Assembly (NCBI GenBank): GCA_002633005.1
Contig: NMRA01000073.1
Coordinates: forward strand, 186,001-250,000
Source: Phoronis australis
Lineage: Eukaryota; Animalia; Phoronida
Reading direction: 5' to 3'
Length of the DNA stretch: 64,000 nt
Positions 1 through 13,564 of the stretch are shown piece by piece. Each line of letters starts with the position of its first letter. The stretch's first letter is position 1. Made by a program: the position numbers and the translations under genes. The notes below the pieces were generated by a model that did not search any database, had not been told where the DNA came from, and was given only the letters and a program-made list of their open reading frames with translations.

Positions 1-3000
1 ATCCCTCTCAGGAACTTCAGGACTTAGCTAAGGAATCAATTGGCGCTGACAAGTATCATCAGGTATGTTGGTCAGTTAGATGTCTTTTATGAACAGCATT
101 TCCATGTTGTGACATTGTGTTTTAAGACATCATGCTTTCATCTGAAAAAATGTCAAAATTTGGCTTACTTCAGAACATGGTATCTCAAGTGGCTCGTCAG
201 ATCAAATGACACTCACAGAATTACTCAATGTGCGGCCACTTTCACCGTCTGAAAGCCATGGGTGTCTTGTTTTCCAATCTTGCAGTTGATAGCTTTCAGT
301 CCCTATACACTGTTATCTTTAAAAACCATTGGTTTACATTTCGGAACGAAGCTTTTTATTTTAGCCTTTTTACTATGGCAATTAAGTTAGCGTCCCAACA
401 ATATGTAGAATTGTCGTGAGAACGTGACAGGGACCTCAGGGGTCTCACACTCCACTGATTTATCCACATTATTTTGAAAACTCTTTTCCCTGTCACACAT
501 TGTGTGTCATAGAAGCATATCTGCAGCTGACGCAGCAAGTAGAACTACTCTCGTTTATCACATTGGTGTAGACTCACAGTTGAACTGTGGTTTTCTGTTA
601 ACCCCAAACCATCCGGAGTTGCACCATATACCAACTCCGGACGGTCTCTCACGACGACTTAGCGTAAGGTGGTAACTTCCAAGGTCCAAACGGAAATTAC
701 TGATTACCGCAATCAGGAGATTCAACACTTACTAGTTTGATTTGCACCACTTTGAAGCTTATATGTTAGGCTTGACCCAATTACCAACTGTCTTGAAGTA
801 GTGCTGATTGTATTCTTGTGAAACTAGGTCGCCATGGGTCAAGGTCAGGCTGACATTGCCATGCAACTGCTTCATGACTGTGCCAGGAATGGCGAATGGC
901 TGTGCTTGAAGAACCTGCATCTCGTCACTGCATGGCTGCCCACACTGGAGAAGGTGTGTAAATATGGTTACAGATGACTCACTACCCATGGTCATGTAAA
1001 AGGTTGAATCCTGGGTGAAATTGCAGTACATGGTATGCTGGAAAAGGCTATAGTCAGCATCTCTTTTTGAGCGAAAATATGCTAAGTCCACCCTGTGGCA
1101 AATGATTATACAGAGACTGCAACTGCTGTAGAACACTAGATGTTTATTGTGAGTAGCAAAAATGAACATCACCACTAAAAATGGCAGATGACAAAGAGCA
1201 AGCTAACAGCTTGGCAGCAACATTTGGCTGATCAGTGTAGCTGAACAAAACTGCTTCTTTACAAATTTTATATTTTAAAAGGTAACAGTTTTACCTGAAA
1301 TTTGATTGTCAGGGTGAACATTTACAAAAAAATAAATGGATGGTTGATAGTGGTGATGTAAGAGTGGAGAGTAAAGGAGTCGGTGCAAAATTCTTTGAAA
1401 GGTTAATTTTTTAAATCGATGGTGACAGGATTGTTGTGGTTGTTGAGTCTGAAAGGATGTTTTAGATAGTGTTGCATTAGGTATGTTTTTGTGTCTGTAC
1501 ATTGCACTAAACAGTTAGTGATTTGAAGATTCTTAACTTTCTTGCCCTTATCGTAATTATCACTTACAACTTATTATGCCATGATTATTGTTTGTCACTA
1601 TGAACTTGTTCTATGTGGTGATTCATCAAGTGAAATAATTGGTGCTGTGTATTGTAGGAAATGAATTCACTTGAACCTCATGAAAATTTCCGTCTCTGGC
1701 TAACAGCTGAGGTGCATCCTAAGTTCCCAACTATCCTACTGCAGTCTAGTCTGAAGATCACGTACGAGGTAATCAGCTAACTTGACTGTGTTTATAGATG
1801 TAGTGTTCCTGGCATGAACGCATGTTCACACAACCACTACCATTGTAACTTGAAACCGTTCTCAGCTTATCGCAAACATTCTTGTTAACACGCTTCCTGG
1901 GGCCACATCTCTGCACTAAATTTGAATCTGAAACCTTCTGCTGTCCGTGCAGTTACACTCATTAGGTCATGTGATTTGGCCACAGGTGGTGTGCTGAGCA
2001 GGCGTAGAAATGTTCGCGATACTTATTTCCTTGCCGATTTAAGATTTATATTCTTATATTTTTCTCAGCATATTAATTAGTCAGATTAGAAGTGACTTTT
2101 GGGTAAAACTGACCACTGGTCATCACTTGAGGACTTTGCATGCTTAGCACATAAAATGACTCAACTGCTGGATCAAGCCAGCTTGTAGAGCCTGCCCTCA
2201 TGGTAACCAATTGTCAATTCTCAACCTGAGAATTTATTAAAGGAATAATTTCAGGCATATTTTATAATCATTGTGGTTTGTGCTTCAATAAAAATTTACA
2301 TGAAACCCTGCCTGTTGGTGCTTTTTATTTTATGTCAATAGATAAGTAACGAAAACCGATATTGTCAGCTGCTCAATTTATCAGCAACAGAATGACCCTG
2401 ATCTAAGTGTTCTTTTTGTATGGAGCAAATCAATGATGGCATTAGCAATGATTTCTATAGTAACTGTGAAGCGTAAATAATAATTAACCAGTGTAAACAT
2501 GCATATTGCTGCAAAAATTGTTTACACGAGTGATTGACAATAGATCAATTTAATAGCAACATTTGAAAACTGCACTTACTGTTTTCTTGAAAGTTCACTA
2601 AATGGTTGTTTGTAATATGTTTTTACAGAAGATGCGACCATTGCAGCTTTAACCTTGTGCTAATGTAGTGACTATTGAGTTGAATTTCAACAAATGTGCT
2701 TAACTGTAATGTCTGCTTGTACACATTTTAGACAGTATAATTAATAGGAACTTTCCTGTTTTGTCACATCAATCTTTGTTTGACAATGATTGCTGTTTTG
2801 TTTGATATAGGCACCTCCTGGTGTGAAGAAGAATCTACAACGTACATATGACACTTGGGCACCGCAGTATATCTCACAAAGTGGCAATATTGTCAGGTCA
2901 CAGGCATTATTTGCACTGGCGTGGTTCCACGCTGTCTGCCAGGAGAGACGTAACTTCATTCCACAGGTAAAGCAGTGCATCACCGCAGCGTACTAGATGA

Positions 3001-6000
3001 CTGCATGCCTATAGTGTCACCTTCAGTTTTTTACTATTACTAACTCGAGGTTCCTTAAAGGGAAAGTCAAAAAGGGTTTGGGCATGGTGTGTTATTAACC
3101 ATTTCCTAGTGCTAACCTTGAATGATGTTGGGCTATTAATGGCTTAACACCCAATTATTTTGTTTACTTTTATGGATTGCTTCTTTTGCTCAATGACTGG
3201 AGAACTTAGATGACCTTAAGTAATGGCGTCTGCTTGCATTCTTTACCATGTTGACATAAAACAGATTGACTTGGCTTGTGTACATCATAGCCAAACAGTT
3301 GAATTGGTTCTCATCTTAATCATCAAAATAAAACTAATTGTTACTTTGTTGCAATAAAAAATATTACTAAAGAAAAGAGAGCCAAGTGCATTGAGGTGCA
3401 CTTCTTATGTGTACAACAAGTTCAATAATTACCAGTTCCTATATGGTAAATGAATCCATTTCTAGACCACTATAGTTGGTGGAGTGGGGTGGGGGTGCAG
3501 AGATGGAATTGAAAACTTGTTCTCACACATTTATCATTATGTTCACCTCCCTGGTCCACGTGTTTGCGGTTGTGAAATTTTGATTGTAGTTTCAGGGCCG
3601 GACCAAATTTTGCGAGTTTTCATCTGTGTTATTCACCACCCTGATCCATGCGTTAGTCATTGTTAAGATTACTTACAGGGCTGGACTAAATTCTATGAGT
3701 TCTCATCATCTGACTTACGAGTTGGTGCCGACATCATTGACAGACTGTGTACAACTGCAGGTAAGAGAATGTCCTGAACGTTACCAGATGTTGTGGCTAC
3801 TGAATAGAATCATTAATCGAATGGTCGTCAGGTTTACTTTTCACCATTTTCCACAAATATGCAGTGCCTTAATTCTCCCACAAGTACCCCACAACATATT
3901 TGTCACTTGTATACCTTTTTTCAATAGCATTTTTACTGAGAACAACAGAATGACTGTGTGAGAGAGCCAACAATAGTCTAGTCCAGATCTTTACCCTTTC
4001 AGTTCTAATGAAACTGTGCAGCTCATTCACAAATTAACCCGAAATCTTTCAGGTAAAGGTGAAATTCAATGGCAGTTTGTACATGGCTTGTTTGAGTTTG
4101 CTATCTATGGTGGGCGTGTCGACAACCAGTTTGATGTACGCGTAATGGTGTCGTACCTGAAACAGTTCTTTGACAACGGTGTTCTGTCTAACAACAACAA
4201 GAAGAGCCGTATTGGACCAGTCTCTCTGCCACCATCCACTAGTCACAGGGTAGGAATGTTGACATGTAGTATCTCTTGGATATGCAATTTGGTGATTAAA
4301 ATGTGGTATGATACAGCTTGGACACAGTTATGTGAGCTGCATTGTCATGAAGGGAAATTTCAAAAAAATTCTGGACTGATATTGGCCCCGCTGAATATGT
4401 TCTGCATATAATTTGTACTACCCTCTCCCTCCCCCCCCTCCCTCGCCATCCCTCTGTTCCTCCCTCCCCCTCCCACTGTTTTTTAATTCTTTTCTTTTGA
4501 TTGCAAACAATTAGACCTAACGAATTGTTAGTTTGTGTCACATGTTCTAAACTGGCCAATATGTGTGCAGGACTTAAGCGATGGTGTTGTAGTAAGTTGA
4601 ACCATTTTGCATTGCTGTGCTTTCATTTCAGGACTACCTTGATAAAATAGATGATCTCCCAGAGTTTGACAAGCCATCCTACTTTGGTCTACCTGAAAAC
4701 ATCGAGCGGTCTGCGCAGCGTATTGTCAGTGGTCAGGTGATCATGCAGCTGCGTGTCTTGAAAAGAGCTGATATAAAAGCTAGCAAGTTTGACAAGGAAT
4801 TGTGGGCCAATGAGCTAGGACCCATATTAAACCTGTGGAAGAAACTTAATCAGGTATGGCTGATTTTTCAAACTACATACCCTGCTTTTTCCTTGCAGGG
4901 TCAATACACTAATTTGTTTTGTCTTATGAACAAAATTCTGTGAATGATTTAGTTTTTTCGAACCATATACAACTTTGTTCACCATCTTACTGTGGTTGTC
5001 TGTGTTTTCCACTTTTTTTAAAAATGCTCTCATTGACACGAGGACAGTGAACCATTGGAGTGTGGTGCATTGCTGGTAATGTCCAAGTTATGCCAAATTA
5101 GCTTCTTGTCGAGGAGTATTAAAAGTTTTTGCAATAGTTTTGTGACAGCTGTTTGTAAAGAAACGTTCTGATTTGAAAAACTGCTTTTTCACACAAGGAC
5201 ACATATGGTGACAAGAGTACACAGGTATTGTTGAAGTGGTTTTGAGTTTGGACATCGTGATCTATTGACATTTATTCTGTTTTTTAGAACTATTATTCAC
5301 ACTACTTGGATCCACTACTATTTTCTGCTGTTCATATCTGAACCTGATGTTAAAACTGAAAGTTGAGCTTTTCTTGACTGAATGGATATCAAGTCTAGCA
5401 CTCATTGTTTTATAATTTGAAATGCATGTCGGTGGTTTCAAGGTTGAACATTTTGTGAAGTTGTGTTTGTTTTTGTTATCATACTTGCCTGGGTTAATGT
5501 TCTGAACACTTGGATTTGAAAACTCAAAGGAGGTAAGTGTTAAACGGAGCATGAGTGTTCAAACACAAAATGTGTGAAAAGTCAGGAGTGAGTGTTTCTC
5601 AAACGATGAACTGGGTGAACTCCCAAGCAGCTACACATGCATCACACTTTATGTGTAAATCTTGTTTAGCTTGTTTCAACTTAAGGTGCATGCCGTGAAT
5701 AATAAGCTTACAAGGAAGACACGCATTTCTAAAAATATGCGGGAAATTTCATGGCTGGTCCTTCTGAGTGGCTTGTACCAGAATCAAAGAGAGCGTGGCG
5801 CCAGAGTTGGTCACAGTTGTGATGACCGCATTGTCCAGTGCGAGCAAAAGGTGTAATTACCCAGCCATAAATTGTAGTAAACATCTCTGCCTGTACGTAT
5901 TGGTGATTTTTCAAAATGCATAAACCAATAATTTTCATTAAAAATAAACAGTATCGTATGGATTATTCTTAGTATACAACTAAGCTACATTACAACAAAT

Positions 6001-9000
6001 AGAAACAAAACACGGTGATGTTAATTGCTTTGAAGACATCGCTTATTGCCCAGTGTATGTCAAATTATTTTGAGAAGTAGCACGTTAAGCGGAAAACTGA
6101 TATCTGCAAAAATGCCAGTGAAAACAAAATAAAAAGATAGCAACTAGCTCCCGCCTGACCAGAAAAAAAACAAGTAGTCAAGACTGCATGGGATATTAAA
6201 AATAAAGTAACGAAAACTGGTATGAAACATGTTTAAAGCCTAATGTTTTTTTGGGAAGTGGACCTTTGTCAAGATAAACAAAAGTTACACTGTTTTTAGT
6301 CATTTTGTAATATTAAAATGTACTAAGTTATAACTACTCTCAACACTGACTCCATGCAAATGTCAGGGTACCACCATTGTTGAGAAATTTATAAAGTGCT
6401 AGCAATGAACACAAGGGTTATGCTGAATAGGCATTATAAAAGGGAATCTTACTGGTGACCAGTGTAAGGGAGAAATTCTTCACATGGAATGCACTTCCAA
6501 ATCTAGATATCAATGAGTCCATTGCTAAGCCTTGGTGCAGTTTTTTGTATCATGTCGCAACTCGCATACCATGATGAATACATTAAGTTGAACATGTCTG
6601 TCGTGACTGAAATACTGGCAAAAATACTTAATTCAATCACATCGCTTCTGGTAAATTTTTATTGTATTTCTTCTGGGGGAAAGTTATCCTAAACATCTAA
6701 CTTTTCACAAGGAATTCAATTTCAGAAGCTAAACTGTTAAAAATCACCTAGTTTCAGTGCGTGGTATTACGCTTTATTTGATTTTTATTGCTGTAAAGTC
6801 ATCTCTAATGCAGTTATTGCCCTGCTCCATACAAAAGGAGCTTCGATCAATTCTGGTGCTAAGGAGAATTGATGATGTCAGCAGTTCTTGTACAAATTTA
6901 TTGACAAAGTACAAGGTGTTGGTAACAGGCCATATCGGCTCATCCATAATGATATTGTTTTATTGTGACATGGCTCTCAGCTCATCCATATTGAAGGGAG
7001 CACAAGCTAATGATATTCTTTTATTGTAACAGTGTTTTCAGCTCAGCAGGGCTCTCGGATCATCCATGATATTCATTGTTTTATTGTGACAGGGCTCTCT
7101 GCTCATTCCATAAGGCCCTTTCATATTAACATCGAGGCAACAATGTTTTGGGGAGTTGCGGTCAGCATGAATGCTTTTAAGCGTCTACGTTGCGGTGCAG
7201 TATGAACTTCAGTCTTATCGAAGTTATCACGAGGGGCCACTGTCAACATCAGTAATTAATGGGCAGTGTCGTTGCTAATAGTTCGAATAATCACAATCGA
7301 ATTAGGAATAACTTTCATGTCAATTAGCACATGCAAATGTTCCCAAATTGTCACATTAAAAAAATTCTTAGTGTGTGCGCGATACATCAGCGTTACCTTG
7401 CGATTACTTCAATGACAACAACGTGACCTACTGTTTACTTCAATGTCCATTAACTACCGAAGCCGGTATGAACAGTTCAGTTAACTTCACAGTTTGCGTT
7501 GACGCTCCACTCAGACCGGAGTTAAGTCAATATCAAAGGGTCTATAATGATATTCATCGTTTTATTGTCACAGGACTCTCAGCTTATCCATAGTGATATT
7601 CATTGTTTTATTGTGACAGGGTTCTCAGCTTATCCATAGTGATATTCATTGTTTTATTGTGACAGGGTTCTCAGCTTATCCATAGTGATATTCATTGTTT
7701 TATTGTGACAGGGTTCTCAGCTTATCCATAGTGATATTCATTGTTTTATTGTGACAGCACTCTCACCTCATCCATAATGACATTCATTGTTTTATTGGCA
7801 CTAGGCTTTTGACTTATCCATAATGATGTTGTTTCATTGTGACAGCACTCTCGGCTCATCCATAATGATATTCATTGTTTCATTGAGACAGGACTCAGCT
7901 TATCCATGATGATGTTCATTGTTTTATTGTGACAGGGCTCGCAGCTCATCTATTATGATATTCAGTGTTTCATTGTGACAGGACTGACAGCTCATTTATA
8001 GTGATGTTAATTGGCTTATTGTGACAGGGCTCTCCAGTCATCCATGATATTCATTTTTTATATTGATAGGACTCTCAGCTCAAATGTAATGATGTTCATT
8101 GTTTCATTGTGACAGGACTCCCAGGTCATCCATAATGATGGTCATTGTTTTATTGTCACAGGACTTCCGGCTTATCCATAATCATATGATGTTCATTGTT
8201 TTATTGTGACAGGGCTCGCAGCTCATCCAGATGAAAGTATCGCCTCCTGTGGAGAAACCGGGTGATTCGCCCATCAGGTCTTTCATTCAGCTCGAGAGAT
8301 ATAATGCTGTCAAACTTGTGCAGAGCGTACACCAATCACTGGCCTCCCTGAGTAAGGTGATCAGGGGTACACAACTGCTGACATCTGATGTCCAGAATCT
8401 GGCTGGTGCTCTTCTTCATCAGGAGGTAAAAATGTTTTAAAATGAATATCGACTGCTAAAACTGTAAAAAATTGTCTTGTTTCTAGTTGGAGCAAATTCA
8501 CAAGAATAATAACAGAAAAAAGTAGTAAAGAATTTTCACGTTGTGTCCGCACTTAAAGGGGTGCTCATTAAAGGCTCATAAAATGTTAATGAATGTCAAT
8601 GCCTACACTGTCGGACAGGTTAACAGATATTTGCCTGACCTAGTCAAACTTATAAGTGAAAATACTATAACAAAAGCAACTGTGTCTAGTTGGGAAATAA
8701 TATTCTCCATTGAACTTTAAACTGCAAAATAGTTCTCAAATTCATTAAAAACTTAGTTNTAATGATATTCTTTTATTGTAAGAGTGTTCTCAGCTCAACA
8801 GGGCTCTCGGATCATCCATGATATTCATTGTTTTATTGTGACAGGGCTCTCTGCTCATCCATAAGGCCCTTTCATATTAACATCGAGGCATCGATGTTTT
8901 GGGGAGTTGCGGTCAGCATGAACGCTTTTAAGTGTCAACGTTGCGGTGCAGTATGAACGATCAACTTCAGTCTTATCGAAGTTATCACCAGGGGACACTG

Positions 9001-12000
9001 CCATCATCAGTAATTAATGGCAGTGTAGTTGCCAATAGTTCGAATAATCACAATCTAAGTAGGAATAACTTTCATGTCAATTAGCACATGCAAATGTTCC
9101 CAAATTGTCACATTAAAAAAATTCTTGGTGTGTGCGCGATACATCAGCGTTACCTCGCGATTACTTGAATGACAACAACGTGACCTACTGTTTACTTCAA
9201 TGTCCATTAACTACCGAAGCCGGTATGAACAGTTCAGTTGACTTCACAGTTTGCGTCGACGCTCCACTCAGACTGGAGTTAAGTCAATATGAAAGGGTCT
9301 ATAATGATATTCATCGTTTCATTGTCATAGGGCTCTCAGCTCATTCATAACAATATTCATTGTTTTATTATGACAGGGTTTTCAGCTTATCCATAATAAT
9401 ATTCATTGTTTCATTGAGACAGCACTCTCACCTCATCCATAATGATATTCATTGTTTCATTGTGACAGCACTCTCACCTCATCCATAATGATATTCAATG
9501 TTTCATTGTGACAGCACTCTCACCTCATCCATAATAATATTCAGTGTTTCATTGTGACAGCACTCTCACCTCATCCATAATAATATTCAATGTTTCATTG
9601 AGACAGGACTCAGTTAATCCATGATGATGTTCATTGTTTTATTGTGACAGGGCTCTCAGCTCATCCATTATGATATTCAGTGTTTCATTGTGACAGGGCT
9701 CTCAGCTCATCCATTATGATATTCAGTGTTTCATTGTGACAGGACTGTCAGCTCATTTATAGTGATGTTAATTGGCTTATTGTGACAGGGCCCTCCACTC
9801 ATCCATGATATCCATTGTTTTATATTGACAGGGCTCTCAGCTCATCTGTAATGATGTTCATTGTTTTATTGTGACAGGACTCCCAGGTCATCCATAATGA
9901 TGGTCATTGTTTTATTGTCACAAGACTTCCGGCTCATCCATAATCATATGATGTTCATTGTTTTATTGTGACAGGGCTCGCAGCTCATCCAGATGAAAGT
10001 ATCGCCTCCTGTAGAGAAACCGGGTGATTCGCCCATCAGGTCTTTCATTCAGCTCGAGAGATATAATGCTGTCAAACTTGTGCAGAGCGTACACCAATCA
10101 CTGGCCTCCCTGAGTAAGGTGATCAGGGGTACACAACTGCTGACATCTGATGTCCAGAATCTGGCTGGTGCTCTTCTTCATCAGGAGGTAAAAATGTTTT
10201 AAAATGAATATCGACTGCTAAAACTGTAAAAAATTGTCTTGTTTCTAGTTGGAGCAAATTCACAAGAATAATAACAGAAAAAAGTAGTAAAGAATTTTCA
10301 CGTTGTGTCCGCACTTAAAGGGGTGCTCATTAAAGGCTCATAAAATGTTAATGAATGTCAATGCCTACACTGTCGGACAGGTTAACAGATATTTGCCTGA
10401 CCTAGTCAAACTTATAAGTGAAAATACTATAACAAAAGCAACTGTGTCTAGTTGGGAAATAATATTCTCCATTGAACTTTAAACTGCAAAATAGTTCTCA
10501 AATTCATTAAAAACTTAGTTGTCGTAAGTTTGTTAGTTTGAATGACATAACTAGCACCAGTGAATGGATGTTTCTACATGGCTAAGGCAAAATTACTAGT
10601 CTTATATCCGTCACAGTTTCATGGCAAAGTGATGCCAGGCAATGGAACACAGAGTATAATTAAGTCTAATCAGAGGGAAAATTTGAGCTCGCACCATTTG
10701 TACTGAAGTGTGAGCACATTTTTGGTCACCCTATATAAATATAACCTACTGGAGGCAACAGTCCTGTCACCGTGTATCTATTTCAGACGCCAATGAGCTG
10801 GCTATCGAAGTGGGACGGTCCAGAGGACCCGATGCACTACCTGCGGTCACTAGTGTCCAGATGTATGGCCATTCAGGGCTGGGTGGAGAAGGCTGAGAGT
10901 GGGTCACTTCTTAAGGACACACTGGACTTGTCGGAGCTATTCCACCCTGACACATTCCTCAATGCATTGAGGCAACAATCAGCAAGGTAATGAAATATTT
11001 TTTGGACCTAATGTATCTTTAAGTCAATCCAGGTTGACACTACTGCAGTGCAAGACCTCTGTGATATGTGTCTATCCAGGACACATAGGCTGTGGTGCTG
11101 CCACCTGCAAATACATTTCTGGAACTAGTGAGTGAAGTTTGGTTTTCATGGTGGCGCATCTCACAATCCGTTGTACTGAGAGTAATCAAAATATGATTTC
11201 TTTGCCTCTTACCTCAGAGATGTTGTATTTTTACCCATTTTTTTTTCAAATATCTCCCTTCAAGCTGGTTTCACATTCCTGCAGGGCCAAACTTATCATG
11301 TTAGCCAAATGAATAAATTTTTGTGTGACTCTTTAACAGAGTTCACATGCCGCCATCTAAAATATTTCTCAATTGAATGCGTGCCTCCAAACTAAGAGAC
11401 TCTTGTATTCCAATGATGTAGTTAGGTTTGCTCACGGTGATTGCTCTGAATAATGTTCACTGCTAATTCCTCATCAAATAGGACACCTTTAGCGACACTC
11501 ATTGAAGGGTCTTATCTTATTCCGTACTTGAACTTGGTATCAGTTGCTATGTGTATGTGATATTCCAGAGAGATTGGATGCTCTATGGATAGCTTGAAGT
11601 TCGCCAGCACGTGGAAAGGCAACATTGTGGGGGCACGGAGCAGCATCAAGGTGACGGGCCTTCAGCTCGAATGCTGCTCGTTTGATGGTAGTAGACTGTC
11701 TGAGAACCAACGTGACTCACCGACAATATCCGCCATTCCCGACTGCACTATGGCCTGGATACCAAAGGTATATACTGTAGTTAAATTATTTGTCACTTGA
11801 TTTTGTTCCGGGCATACTGTAGTGCAGTGCTTAGATGTGGCCACTCATTGACTAAACGCAGCAGCCTCTTTGAATGAGCACTAGTATGAAGTACTACCCT
11901 TATTACGTAATCTGGGGGTTTAAATAGACACTTGTCCTGGGACCAGAAACATCATGCAACAGTAGAAAATGTGGTGAAAATTGCTTTAGTGCTATTAAAT

Positions 12001-12216
12001 GTATGTTGTCAATAATTGGTTCAAGGTTAATGCTGTGACCAACTGGTATGATTGCAGGAGTCGCCAGAGCCATATAATGCCTCGGAGACCATCTCCCTGC
12101 CAGTATATTACAGCATGGACCGGGATCACATTGTCGCTCGTCTGGAAGTTCCCTGCGGTGGCAACGTAAGCCAATGGCTGCAGTGTGGTGCCGCACTCTT
12201 CCTCAAGAGTCACTGA
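1..12216 (+). CDS. DYNC2H1: Cytoplasmic dynein 2 heavy chain 1, 3' part (AAA6 region to C-terminus); 5' end lies outside the window
   Basis: Exons <1-62, 828-953, 1658-1768, 2811-2966, 3679-3760, 4053-4249, 4632-4853, 8213-8425 (duplicated at 9975-10187), 10787-10986, 11569-11767, 12058-12216 (TGA). All are GT-AG with compatible phases. Translation ([101 protein letters not shown]) matches the dynein-2 heavy chain C-terminus as I recall it. Confidence 0.96.
6915..8230 (+). repeat. ~46-bp minisatellite (~20 units) made of the DYNC2H1 3' splice site plus exon start
   Basis: Unit ~GATATTCATTGTTTTATTGTGACAG|GGCTCTCAGCTCATCCATAAT; the last unit is the real acceptor ...TTATTGTGACAG|GGCTCGCAGCTCATCCAGATG. 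Confidence 0.93.
7113..7543. mobile_element. MITE (PIF/Harbinger-like) inserted in the minisatellite
   Basis: TIR AGGCCCTTTCATATT / AATATCAAAGGGTCT; 3-bp TSD ATA; removing it restores the repeat consensus CCATAATGAT. Confidence 0.8.
8213..8425 (+). CDS. DYNC2H1: DYNC2H1 exon [12 protein letters not shown]...ALLHQE, copy 1
   Basis: 213 nt, phase 0/0, gacag|GGC...GAG|gtaaaa. Confidence 0.85.
8760..9992 (+). repeat. Second copy of the 46-bp splice-acceptor minisatellite
   Basis: Same unit with a different order of variants (e.g. GACAGCACTCTCACCTC-type units expanded). Confidence 0.92.
8864..9300. mobile_element. Same MITE in the duplicated segment
   Basis: TIR AGGCCCTTTCATATT / AATATGAAAGGGTCT, TSD ATA. 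Confidence 0.8.
9975..10187 (+). CDS. DYNC2H1: DYNC2H1 same exon, copy 2
   Basis: Same as copy 1 except synonymous GTG/GTA (8251 vs 10013); splice sites intact. Confidence 0.85.
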
Positions 12217-13564
12217 TAGTGCTGCCCTCTCTGGCATTCGAGTTGAGCTATGCTAGGCCATTAAATGTTTTTGTCCGTCTTTCATTCACTGTTACATGCT
12301 TATTTATCTGTATACTGAACCAGATTCTTCATTTGATATCTCTGTAGTTCTATTCTATAGTTCCATTATTTCAAAATTTATGGATATGTAATTACATTGT
12401 ACAGTGTATTCAACCAATTTTGCATATCGGAAAAACTTGCTCCCGAAGTACAGCCAATTACATTGAAGAAACTGCAGGTGTTGCGTGTCACAAAATATGT
12501 CAAGAATATTTCATATACATTAGGTTGTTCGTTGCTATTGTCATAGTTACTGTTAAAAAGTTTCTTGTTGAGTGGTGTTAAGTGGTGTCACCAAATGTCA
12601 TTGATTGCATGTGAAAACTTTTACTTAAATACGTATTATGTAATACTTTCCAATTTATGGGTCAGATTGTTAAAACTGGAGTTGAAGAATGATTTGTGAA
12701 GGTTTCGATGTTTGCATTGGTTTGTAATCCGTCCTCTCAATTCTCTTTTCATCAATACAGAAAAAAATTATATTTATGCCAAAAGATTTATATCACTGTT
12801 TGTTTACAATGAACAAAGTTTCTTTGAAATCTTTCATCTGTGTTTTCTTTTACCTTTTATAATTCTTAGTTTTATATCAGGTACACCTGTACATTATTAA
12901 CAGGAATTTCTGATAGTAAGCTCAAGGGCGTACATTCGGAAAATGGCACATTTTATCTTATTCGCATCCCAAAAGTACAATATACAGGAGAGCCAGAGTG
13001 GATGTTGGTTTAGTTGCAGTCATATTCCTCCAAAACAATAAAATAGCCAACAAAACAAGGGAACCAAATTGCAGTTTGTAAAATTTATGATCTTTTTCAA
13101 TTGACAAAACAGCCGACAGTCTAATACAAAGTAGTCAGTACAGTATATAAGTACTGAGAATGTAGAGACACGGCTTTAGCCTTGACGACAGACTGACTAA
13201 ACCTGAGAAAAAAAACTCGTTTTTTACAGACAATTGCCCATGGGCATACATTTGAAGGGGGGTTTGCAGGAATTCCGGGTACCCTTGATGGCTGTTTCAT
13301 CAGTTTTCATAAAAAGTAGGGCAAAGTGTAAGGCTGTGCGCCATAGAAATGACTGGTAGTGGACGAATCGATGTTACACCGATTGGAGAAATAATTGTAC
13401 AATGATGGTCACCAACATTGTCGAGGGATAATAACCTTCGTGCTAAAGAAACTACATTCCAACTGGCAGTGCAACAAGTCGGCTACAAAAGAAATTAGAA
13501 ACGGCAGTGTTGGGCAAGGCTAAGCCAACGACGTGAGGGATAATTCAACAATGTAGAAGAGCAT

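Larger units (their letters stand above)
7008..10520 (+). repeat. ~1.76-kb tandem duplication (7008-8758 / 8760-10520) joined at a single N (8759)
   Basis: Exon and downstream 333 nt are essentially identical between copies; the upstream minisatellite and MITE differ; N sits exactly at the junction. Confidence 0.9.

Noticed and set aside
759-1175. Minus-strand 138-aa ORF and similar antisense ORFs over exons
   Set aside because: Shadow frames of real exons on the opposite strand.
7375-7593. 72-aa ORF repeated at 9132-9350
   Set aside because: It lies in the MITE/minisatellite, has a non-ATG start and shows no homology.
6915-9992. CRISPR-like array
   Set aside because: Units are contiguous with no unique spacers, the context is a eukaryotic intron, and there are no cas genes.
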